A stretch of DNA of 21,045 nt from an uncultured bacterium (GTDB lineage Bacteria; Calditrichota; Calditrichia; RBG-13-44-9; J075), in contig CAXHHS010000015.1 of NCBI GenBank assembly GCA_964015645.1, forward strand, positions 1-21,045. The letters are read 5' to 3'. A program made the position numbers and the translations under genes. How positions within the stretch are numbered: the first letter of the stretch is position 1; each line of letters opens with the position of its first letter. A model generated the notes under the pieces. That model worked only from the letters and a program-made list of their open reading frames with translations. It ran no database searches and was not told the DNA's origin. Shown here piece by piece: positions 14,222-21,045 of the stretch.

Positions 14222-15939
14222 AGATCGATCTTGAGAAAATTGCGCATAATGCCAAAACGCTAAAGGAACTATATGGCTCAAAGGGCATTGATGTTATCGG
14301 TGTTACAAAAGTGGTTTGCGGAAATCCTGATATCGCTGATGTTTTAGTAAAAAACGGAATAAGCATACTTGCTGATTCAAAGATTGCCAATATCAGAAGG
14401 ATGCGTAACGCAGGTATACAAGCAGAGTTCCTCCTACTGAGAACACCTTTCCTAAGCCAGGCCGAAGCTGTGGTGAAATATGCAGATATTAGTCTGAATT
14501 CAGAAATTTCAGTCGTTAAAAGACTCTCAAAATTTGCCCTAGAGTATAATGCCACACATAAAATAATATTAATGGTGGAGCTGGGGGACTTAAGAGAAGG
14601 GCTAATGCCCTCGGATATAGATAACGCCGTTGAACAGGTAGTAGGGTTGGAAGGAATTAAGCTTGTAGGTTTAGGAACAAATCTAGCCTGTTTTGGAGGG
14701 ATCAAACCTGATGAAGAGAAAATGGGATACTTTTCTTCAATTGCTCGAGCTATTGAAGAAAAGCACGGGCTGACATTAGAATTTGTTTCCGGTGGAAACT
14801 CTGCTAATTATAACTGGTTCATGTCCACTAAGGATGTCGGAAAAATCAATAACCTACGACTTGGTGAATCGATCTATTTGGGATGTGAAACCCTCTATAG
14901 AAAACCCATCCCAGGTCTATTCACAGATGCGTTTACAATGGTGGCAGAAGTTATTGAATCAAAAATAAAGCCATCTTTACCTTGTGGAGATGTTTGTCAA
15001 GATGCATTTGGAAATGTTCCAGAGTTTCAGGACCTTGGCTATGCAAAAAGAGCTATATTGGGAGTTGGATTGCAGGATGTTATGGTTTCCGGCCTGACTC
15101 CCAGGTCGGATATTTACATCCTTGGGGCCAGCAGTGACCATATCATTGTTAACACAAAGAAAATAGAATTAAAAGTAGGAAACGAATTAGAGTTTGATCT
15201 AAATTATGGGGCCTTGCTCTCTGTAATGACATCACCCTATGTAATAAAAAACTCATGTACTTATATGAATGCTCAAGAATATTGCGAAATGGTTGAACAA
15301 AAATACCGCCGTCATAAATTACTTCTTCCAACCGTGGCAATTAAAGAAAACAATTCTCGATTAATTAGTTTAAAAGAATCTGATTTTAATTTAGTATACG
15401 AACCATCAATTAATAAAAACTACAAATATATGGTTAGAGAAGCAGTCTATGAAAAAATAGGACGAATAAGCAAACTTTTAGACATACAAGATAAAAAATT
15501 AATCATTCGATCTGTATGGAGATCTTTTGAACATCAACTGCTTTTATGGGAAAATAGAGTTGATTTTTTACGCAAAGAATTTCCAAATAAACAATTAGAA
15601 GAAATTCAAGAACTCGTTTCATATTTCATTGCCCCGGAAAAAAAATCCATGCACACCACGGGAGGGGCTGTAGATGCTTTAATATATGATTTGAAAAATG
15701 ATTGTGTTATGGATTTTGGAACCAATGACGGGTTAAAAATAGATCTTAATGACAAATGCTACCCATACCATCCTTTTATTTCGCCGCAAGCAAAGAAGAA
15801 CAGAAAATTGCTAATAAATCTATTTGAAAAAGAAGATTTTGTGGTTGATATAAAAGAATACTGGCACTTTGATTACGGTAATGCTTGTTGGGCATTAGAA
15901 AAAGGAAAAGAATACTCAATATATGGCATCACTATGTAA
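14203..15939 (+). CDS. Fusion protein: fold-type-III PLP amino-acid racemase-like domain (alanine/ornithine racemase family, N-terminal ~350 aa) plus VanX/DdpX-like D-Ala-D-Ala dipeptidase domain (M15D, C-terminal ~200 aa)
   Basis: N-terminus IEIDLEKIAHNAKTLKEL...GVTKVVCGNPDIADVL (candidate PLP-Lys in GVTK) and ...VELGDLREG...GLGTNLACFGG resemble the alanine-racemase N-terminal TIM barrel. C-terminus RSVWRSFEHQ, SMHTTGGAVD (SxHxxGxAxD zinc site) and EYWHFDY (ExxH) match the VanX signature motifs. Single uninterrupted ORF. Confidence 0.75.
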   Translation: MPTPRIEIDLEKIAHNAKTLKELYGSKGIDVIGVTKVVCGNPDIADVLVKNGISILADSKIANIRRMRNAGIQAEFLLLRTPFLSQAEAVVKYADISLNSEISVVKRLSKFALEYNATHKIILMVELGDLREGLMPSDIDNAVEQVVGLEGIKLVGLGTNLACFGGIKPDEEKMGYFSSIARAIEEKHGLTLEFVSGGNSANYNWFMSTKDVGKINNLRLGESIYLGCETLYRKPIPGLFTDAFTMVAEVIESKIKPSLPCGDVCQDAFGNVPEFQDLGYAKRAILGVGLQDVMVSGLTPRSDIYILGASSDHIIVNTKKIELKVGNELEFDLNYGALLSVMTSPYVIKNSCTYMNAQEYCEMVEQKYRRHKLLLPTVAIKENNSRLISLKESDFNLVYEPSINKNYKYMVREAVYEKIGRISKLLDIQDKKLIIRSVWRSFEHQLLLWENRVDFLRKEFPNKQLEEIQELVSYFIAPEKKSMHTTGGAVDALIYDLKNDCVMDFGTNDGLKIDLNDKCYPYHPFISPQAKKNRKLLINLFEKEDFVVDIKEYWHFDYGNACWALEKGKEYSIYGITM

Positions 15940-16170
15940 TTATCACGATTTAATCTGACAATTTTGTGGTTAATAGGCTATTTAGTTTAGGAACAGGAAG
16001 AATAATTTTGCTGGAGCCAAAATCACTTTCTTGTTTTACAAGCGACGCAGCGCTATTCTGATATGTAATCGCAATTTTTCGGCAGATAAACCAACAATAT
16101 TCAGTATTTTATACAGGTTCGGATTGCAGCGATATTAATATATCAAACTTAATGAAATAAGGAGCTTTCG

Positions 16171-17151
16171 ATGAAATACGTCAACTTTGGCAACACCGGT
16201 TTAAAAGTCTCCCAACTCTGCCTGGGCATGATGACCTTTGGTGATAAAAAATGGCGCGAATGGGTTTTGGAAGAGAAAGAATCGCGGGATGTTATCAAAG
16301 CAGCGTTGGAGATGGGTTTCAATTTTTTTGACACAGCTAACATGTATTCCATCGGCGTTAGCGAAGAGATTACCGGGCGCGCGTTAAAGGATTTCGCCAA
16401 ACGCGATGAAGTGGTAATCGCTACCAAAGTCTATTTCCCGATGGGCGACAAGCCCAACCAGGGCGGCCTTTCCCGCAAACATATTTTTTCTGCCGTAGAT
16501 GATTCGCTAAAACGGTTGGGAACGGATTATATCGACCTTTATCAAATTCATCGCCTGGACCACGAAACACCAATGGAAGAAACGCTGGAAGCCTTGCACG
16601 ATTTGGTGAAGGCAGGAAAAGTTCGTTATTTGGGCGCCTCTAGCATGTACGCCTGGCAGTTTGCCAAAGCGCTTTATATGGCAAAACTAAACGGTTGGCG
16701 GCGATTTGTTAGCATGCAAAACCATTACAACCTGATTTACCGGGAAGAGGAACGCGAAATGATCCCGCTGTGCCGCTCGGAAGGGGTTGCCCTGATTCCC
16801 TGGAGTCCCCTCGCCCGGGGGTTTTTAGCCGGAAACCGCACTCGAAAGGAATATGGCACAACTTCCCGCGCGAAAACCGATACTATCGCCCAAAAATTTT
16901 ACTACGTAGACCAGGATTTTGACATCCAGGATCGGGTAATCGAATTAGCGGAAAAGAAAAATGTTAAACCGGCACAAATCGCACTTGCCTGGGTGCTGCA
17001 CAAACCGGGTATTACCAGCCCCATTATCGGTGCCAGAACCATAACGCAGTTAAAAGAATTGGTCGCTGCCGGCAAAATCGAACTCGACAGTGAAGAAATA
17101 TCATCATTGGAAGCCCCTTATCAACCCCGTCCTGTTTTGGGACATAGTTAA
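16171..17151 (+). CDS. Aldo/keto reductase family oxidoreductase
   Basis: GNTGLKVSQLCLGMMTFG, FFDTANMY and GASSMYAWQ: AKR signatures with the catalytic D/Y/K/H context. RBS AAGGAG. Confidence 0.9.
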   Translation: MKYVNFGNTGLKVSQLCLGMMTFGDKKWREWVLEEKESRDVIKAALEMGFNFFDTANMYSIGVSEEITGRALKDFAKRDEVVIATKVYFPMGDKPNQGGLSRKHIFSAVDDSLKRLGTDYIDLYQIHRLDHETPMEETLEALHDLVKAGKVRYLGASSMYAWQFAKALYMAKLNGWRRFVSMQNHYNLIYREEEREMIPLCRSEGVALIPWSPLARGFLAGNRTRKEYGTTSRAKTDTIAQKFYYVDQDFDIQDRVIELAEKKNVKPAQIALAWVLHKPGITSPIIGARTITQLKELVAAGKIELDSEEISSLEAPYQPRPVLGHS

Positions 17152-17215
17152 AATTTTATTAAATTCCCCCACCTGATTATAAACTTTTGTAAATAAAATG
17201 AGCCCGAGAAGTTGT

Positions 17216-17252
17216 GAAGCGGAGAAACGGTGTTTCTTCGCTTCATTTTTCC
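17216..17252 (+). terminator. Rho-independent terminator downstream of the AKR gene
   Basis: GAAGCGGAGAAAC-ggt-GTTTCTTCGCTTC: 13-bp stem with one G-U pair, followed by ATTTTTCC. Confidence 0.6.
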
Positions 17253-17302
17253 TAACTTCTAATCGACACTAATACCCGTAAAAACCTGAAAGGAGTATAC
17301 CA

Positions 17303-18355
17303 ATGGATCGACAAGACACAACCCGTAAAGTTCGTGTTGCCGGGGTGCTGCTGAACGCTGCTGCGCTTGTCATCGTTGTTGCCGGCATTCGGGAAGCCAG
17401 CGGAATGTTGGTTCAGTTTTTTCTGGCATTGTTTATCTCCGTTTTATTGGCTCCCCCGTTTTTCTGGTTAAAAGAAAGAGGATTTCCCACCGCTATTGCC
17501 CTTATCGCCGTGCTGCTGATCGGATTTGGATTGACAATGGCGCTGGTTATTCTAATTGGCACATCTTTAGACAGCCTGGTTAAAGCGCTACCGGCTTATG
17601 AACAGAGCTTAAATACGCAAGTCGGATTTTTATTAAGCTGGCTGCGAGGGCTGGGAGCAGATATTCCGGAGAACCCCTTTCTAAAACTATTCGATTTGAA
17701 CCAGGTTATGAATTTAGCGCGCGGAACGGTTAGCGGGTTAGCAGCCACGTTGAACAATACATTGTTTATCACGTTAATGGTTGTTTTTATTTTAATTGAA
17801 GCGTCCGGTTTTCCGGATAAGCTGCGGGCAATTTCCAAAAATCCTGATAAATCGATCCCCAATTTATTTCGCGCCATCGAAAATGTAAAGCGATATATGG
17901 CAATAAAATCGTTAATTAGCCTGGGAACCGGTATCAGTATTTCAATTCTGTTGAGTTTTGTTGGAATAGATTTCCCGATATTATGGGGGCTGCTGGCGTT
18001 CCTGTTGAATTATGTACCAAATATCGGCTCTTTAATAGCCGCAGTGCCGGCAGTATTGCTTGCCCTGGTGCAGTTTGGATGGGGAGGTGCAATGATAACG
18101 GCCGGTATTTACTTCGGCGTTAATTTTGTATTTGCAAATATTTTGGAGCCGCGGATGATGGGCCAGGGACTTGGCCTTTCAACATTAATCGTATTCCTCT
18201 CCTTGCTATTTTGGGGATGGGTTTTAGGACCGGTCGGGATGTTGTTGTCTGTGCCGCTAACAATGACAGCAAAAATAATTCTTGACAGCAATGAAAATAC
18301 ACGCAAAATTGCTATATTGCTGGGTTCAGACGCCAAATCTGCCGTAACTGCTTAG
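17303..18355 (+). CDS. AI-2E family transporter (PerM/TqsA/YhhT-like, UPF0118)
   Basis: 350 aa, about 8 TM helices. Conserved LNYVPNIGSLIAAVP and SLLFWGWVLGPVGMLLSVPLT segments typical of the AI-2E family. RBS AGGAG. Confidence 0.8.
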   Translation: MDRQDTTRKVRVAGVLLNAAALVIVVAGIREASGMLVQFFLALFISVLLAPPFFWLKERGFPTAIALIAVLLIGFGLTMALVILIGTSLDSLVKALPAYEQSLNTQVGFLLSWLRGLGADIPENPFLKLFDLNQVMNLARGTVSGLAATLNNTLFITLMVVFILIEASGFPDKLRAISKNPDKSIPNLFRAIENVKRYMAIKSLISLGTGISISILLSFVGIDFPILWGLLAFLLNYVPNIGSLIAAVPAVLLALVQFGWGGAMITAGIYFGVNFVFANILEPRMMGQGLGLSTLIVFLSLLFWGWVLGPVGMLLSVPLTMTAKIILDSNENTRKIAILLGSDAKSAVTA

Positions 18356-18395
18356 AGGGAAATGCAAAATAAATGCGCTAAATAAAGGGGAAGCT

Positions 18396-18851
18396 ATGAT
18401 CGAGTTTTTTAAACGGTTATTTGATCCAAAGTACGACACTGAAAACGATGGCGGCTCCGGCCATTCGGAGCATGATTTACAGGTTGCCGTTTGCGCGTTG
18501 TTTTTAGAAATTGCGAATTCTGACCGGGAATTTGACAAAAACGAATGGGACAACATCATTGCAAATTTGAAAAGACAGTTTGGCATTTCCGATGAAGTCG
18601 CCATACAGCTAACGGAAGAAGCCGCCAAAGCCGTTGGGGAAAGCATCGACATCTGGAAATTTACCAACCGGATTAATGAGACCTATTCTGTAGAGGAGAA
18701 AATTCGGGTGGTAGAAATGCTCTGGCGAATTGTATATGCAGATGGAAAAGTAGATATGAACGAAGATTACCTGGTTCGAAAATGCGCAAACTTGCTCAAC
18801 TTAAAAGACAGTCAGCTGATTGAAGCCAAACTTGCCGCGAAGGGAAAATGA
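18396..18851 (+). CDS. TerB-family (tellurite-resistance TerB-like) protein
   Basis: 151 aa, all-helical, with paired LxxxAxADGxxDxxE-type motifs (LWRIVYADGKVDMNEDYLVRKCANLL) as in TerB-like domains. Confidence 0.6.
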   Translation: MIEFFKRLFDPKYDTENDGGSGHSEHDLQVAVCALFLEIANSDREFDKNEWDNIIANLKRQFGISDEVAIQLTEEAAKAVGESIDIWKFTNRINETYSVEEKIRVVEMLWRIVYADGKVDMNEDYLVRKCANLLNLKDSQLIEAKLAAKGK

Positions 18852-18907
18852 AACTGGCAGCGTATTTCGAATTTGTTTGTAGGTTAAGTCATCTCACCAG
18901 GTCAGGC

Positions 18908-18950
18908 TGAGCGGAGTCGAAGCCGCGCGGTCATGGTTCGACTCCGCTCA
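18908..18950. terminator. Long perfect hairpin in the convergent intergenic region between the TerB gene and argH (candidate bidirectional terminator)
   Basis: TGAGCGGAGTCGAA-gccgcgcggtcatgg-TTCGACTCCGCTCA: 14-bp perfect stem with a 15-nt loop that itself contains the palindrome CCGCGCGG. Followed by ...TATTTTAT. Confidence 0.45.
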
Positions 18951-19042
18951 CCATGACTATTTTATAAACCCTACAACTAATTTTGAAACGCTCTACTCAG
19001 CCTTAGCCTTTGTAAATGCGATGGCTATTTTTACACGACTAC

Positions 19043-20374
19043 TTATTTCAACAGTTCATCTATCGATTTTTTGATCCTATCGAATTCAAACCCTTTAATT
19101 ATTTCACCCATCTCCGCTTGAATTTGCTCGTTACACAAATTTCCAATGCTGCCTTCATGCGTATGATTCACATCTTTTGGCGGCTGAAATTCCCCGGCCT
19201 CGATTTGGTGAGCAACGGTTTTATAGGCGTCGCGAAATGGAACGCCGTTTTTGACTAACTCATTAACGGCATCAACACTGAACAGGTAGCTGTATTTATC
19301 ATCATCCAGGATGTCTTCTTTCACAATAACCTGCGGCAGCATAAACGCCATCATTTTCAGGACTGCATTGATTTCCGCAAAAGCCGGGAGGAATTGTTCT
19401 TTGATGATTTGCATATCGCGATGATACCCGGAGGGCAGGTTGGCAGTGATCAGCGAGATCTCGTTCGGCAGCGCTTGTAGCTTGTTACACTTTGCCCGGA
19501 TTAGTTCGAAAACATCGGGATTCTTTTTGTGAGGCATAATGCTGGAACCGGTCGTCAATTCCGCCGGAAATGTAATAAATCCGAAATTCTGGTTCATGTA
19601 AAGACAAACATCCATCGCAAATTTGCCGAGGGTTGCAGCGAGCGTCGATAGCGCCATGCTGACGATGCGTTCGGTTTTTCCCCGCCCCATTTGGGTATAA
19701 ACGACGTTGTAATTCAGCGAATCGAATCCTAACAAATCAGTCGTCATTTGGCGGTTTAGCGGAAAGGAGGAGCCGTAACCGGCAGCAGAGCCTAATGGAT
19801 TTTTGTTTACAATACGAAATGCAGCCTGTAAAAATGATAGATCGTCAACCAGGCTCTCGGCGTAGGCGGAAAACCACAATCCGAAGGAAGAGGGCATTGC
19901 GATTTGCAAATGAGTGTAGCCGGGAAGCAGTGCATTTTTGTGCGCTTCGCTGAGAGATATTAGTATATCAAACAACGTTTTCGTATCGAAAACAACCTTT
20001 TGAATTTCACCTCGAATAAAAAGCCGTAAATCCAATAAAATCTGATCATTACGGGAGCGGCCGGCGTGGATTTTTTTACCGGCGTCGCCTGCTCGCTGCG
20101 TCAGTAGTAATTCGATTTGAGAATGGATATCTTCCACGCCGCCTGCGATATTAAATTTTCCGGATTGGATTTCCCGGTAGATATTTTTCAATTCGCGTTG
20201 CAGCGCCTCCAACTCGTCTGTTTCCAACAGCCCGGCGCTTTCCAGCATTTTGGCGTGAGCGATGTTGCCTAACACATCGAATTCCGCAAGGAGTAAATCC
20301 AGATCGGCATCTTTCCCGATGGTAAACTCCTCGATAATTTTTTGCGTTGGAATGCCTTTTTCCCAAAGCTTCAT
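19043..20374 (-). CDS. argH: Argininosuccinate lyase
   Basis: 443 aa. Fumarate-lyase signature GSSIMPHKKNPDVFE. HAGRSRNDQ motif. N-terminus MKLWEKG typical of ArgH. RBS GGAGGAA upstream on the minus strand. Confidence 0.95.
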   Translation of the reverse strand: MKLWEKGIPTQKIIEEFTIGKDADLDLLLAEFDVLGNIAHAKMLESAGLLETDELEALQRELKNIYREIQSGKFNIAGGVEDIHSQIELLLTQRAGDAGKKIHAGRSRNDQILLDLRLFIRGEIQKVVFDTKTLFDILISLSEAHKNALLPGYTHLQIAMPSSFGLWFSAYAESLVDDLSFLQAAFRIVNKNPLGSAAGYGSSFPLNRQMTTDLLGFDSLNYNVVYTQMGRGKTERIVSMALSTLAATLGKFAMDVCLYMNQNFGFITFPAELTTGSSIMPHKKNPDVFELIRAKCNKLQALPNEISLITANLPSGYHRDMQIIKEQFLPAFAEINAVLKMMAFMLPQVIVKEDILDDDKYSYLFSVDAVNELVKNGVPFRDAYKTVAHQIEAGEFQPPKDVNHTHEGSIGNLCNEQIQAEMGEIIKGFEFDRIKKSIDELLK

Positions 20375-20400
20375 GATCGTTCCTCCGAAACGAAAGGATA

Positions 20401-20451
20401 AAGGTTGAAGGAAACAGGATAAAAATATCTTATCCTGTTTCCTTCAACCTT
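20401..20451 (-). other. Perfect 22-bp stem hairpin between the M20 deacylase stop and the argH RBS. Intercistronic structure: terminator/attenuator or RNA-processing or stability element.
   Basis: AAGGTTGAAGGAAACAGGATAA-aaatatc-TTATCCTGTTTCCTTCAACCTT. The right arm (20430-20451) covers the last 7 codons and the stop of the upstream minus-strand gene. Confidence 0.5.
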
Positions 20452-21045
20452 AAATTTCCTAAAAGATTTATATAAATTTCGATTCCCTCTTCAATTTCCG
20501 CAAGATAAATAAACTCATCCGCAGTGTGCGAGCGTTCGGATTTTCCGGGGCCGATTTTTACCGATGGATAGGGAATAACCGCCTGATCCGAAATGGTTGG
20601 CGAACCAACTGTTTTTAATCCCAGGCTGCGAGCGGCGATAACCAGCGGATGCTGCGTCTCAAGACGAGAAGAATTGAGGCGTAGTGAGCGCGGCGTTACC
20701 TGGCAGGAAACGTTTTTTTTGATAATCTCTAACGCCTCTTGATTGCTGTAAACATCCGTGGTACGAACATCGACGACAAATTTGCAAATGCCGGGGATAA
20801 TATTGTGCTGCAAACCGGATTCAATCATCGTCACGGTCATTTTTACGGGGCCGAGAAAATCGGATTCTTGTGGGAATTTGAAAGTATGAAACCAGTGAAT
20901 ATCCTTGATGGCATTTTCGATAGCATTTTCGCCAACATCGCGGGCGGCGTGGCCGGATTTGCCTTTTGCGACGCAATCCAATACCATCAGCCCTTTTTCC
21001 GCAACTGCCAGGTTCATTTCCATCGGTTCGCCGACAATTGCCAGA
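20430..21045 (-). CDS. M20-family metallo-deacylase, C-terminal part (ArgE/DapE family; acetylornithine deacetylase likely given the argH neighbour). N-terminus lies beyond the window.
   Basis: The open frame runs to the window edge. Conserved M20 C-terminal catalytic-domain motifs (…GHAARDVGENAI…; SDQAV; final G.GxxxxSHTxDE in GPGKSERSHTADEFI). Directly upstream of argH on the same strand. Confidence 0.65.
   Translation of the reverse strand, partial: LAIVGEPMEMNLAVAEKGLMVLDCVAKGKSGHAARDVGENAIENAIKDIHWFHTFKFPQESDFLGPVKMTVTMIESGLQHNIIPGICKFVVDVRTTDVYSNQEALEIIKKNVSCQVTPRSLRLNSSRLETQHPLVIAARSLGLKTVGSPTISDQAVIPYPSVKIGPGKSERSHTADEFIYLAEIEEGIEIYINLLGNLRLKETG

Noticed and set aside
18900-18960. 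tRNA gene or 3' tRNA fragment suggested by a GGTTCGACTCC T-loop-like motif
   Set aside because: No acceptor/D/anticodon arms can be folded. The motif is simply the 3' arm of a 14-bp perfect hairpin, and there is no CCA or plausible T-stem pairing.
19016-19258. Plus-strand 80-aa ORF, and minus-strand 20151-20366 ORF, overlapping argH
   Set aside because: Both lie inside or antisense to the high-confidence argH gene. No RBS or motif. Shadow ORFs.

Overview
This is a 21-kb bacterial chromosomal window of moderate GC, gene-dense and almost entirely plus-strand until a convergent minus-strand arg block at the 3' end. I found no transposase, integrase, CRISPR array, rRNA or tRNA.

Gene order:
- 3' end of an M1 aminopeptidase (5'-truncated by the window).
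- A cluster of RNA-binding proteins (CspA-family cold-shock protein, RRM protein, KH-domain protein) directly upstream of rpoN (sigma-54) and a tandem RpoD/RpoS-like sigma-70 factor.
- A NarL/FixJ-type response regulator.
- A pair of ~87-bp direct repeats flanking a 78-aa ORF, followed by a receiver-like protein that lacks the phospho-acceptor residues.
- A Lys-rich micro-protein, a 42-aa micro-ORF and a membrane fatty-acid desaturase.
- A second KH-domain paralog, an N-terminal stub of an M50 (site-2) protease, a hypothetical protein and a frameshifted bacterioferritin.
- A CPA2 cation/proton antiporter and an SPFH/band-7 protein.
- An AT-rich two-gene module: DUF1611 P-loop protein and a fusion of a fold-type-III PLP racemase to a VanX-like D-Ala-D-Ala dipeptidase.
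- An aldo-keto reductase, an AI-2E transporter and a TerB-family protein.
- On the minus strand, argH and the 3' part of an M20 (ArgE-like) deacylase, separated by a perfect 22-bp hairpin.

The most unusual item is the DUF1611 + racemase::D,D-dipeptidase module (13.1-15.9 kb), a candidate D-amino-acid / D-Ala-D-Ala processing system whose dipeptidase-coding tail is much more AT-rich than the rest of the gene. Other points worth a second look are the two decayed genes at 9.4-10.7 kb (M50 remnant, bfr frameshift), the direct-repeat pair at 6.2/6.7 kb, the pseudo-receiver, and several unusually long perfect hairpins.

All functional calls come from reading motifs in the translated ORFs. No database search was run.
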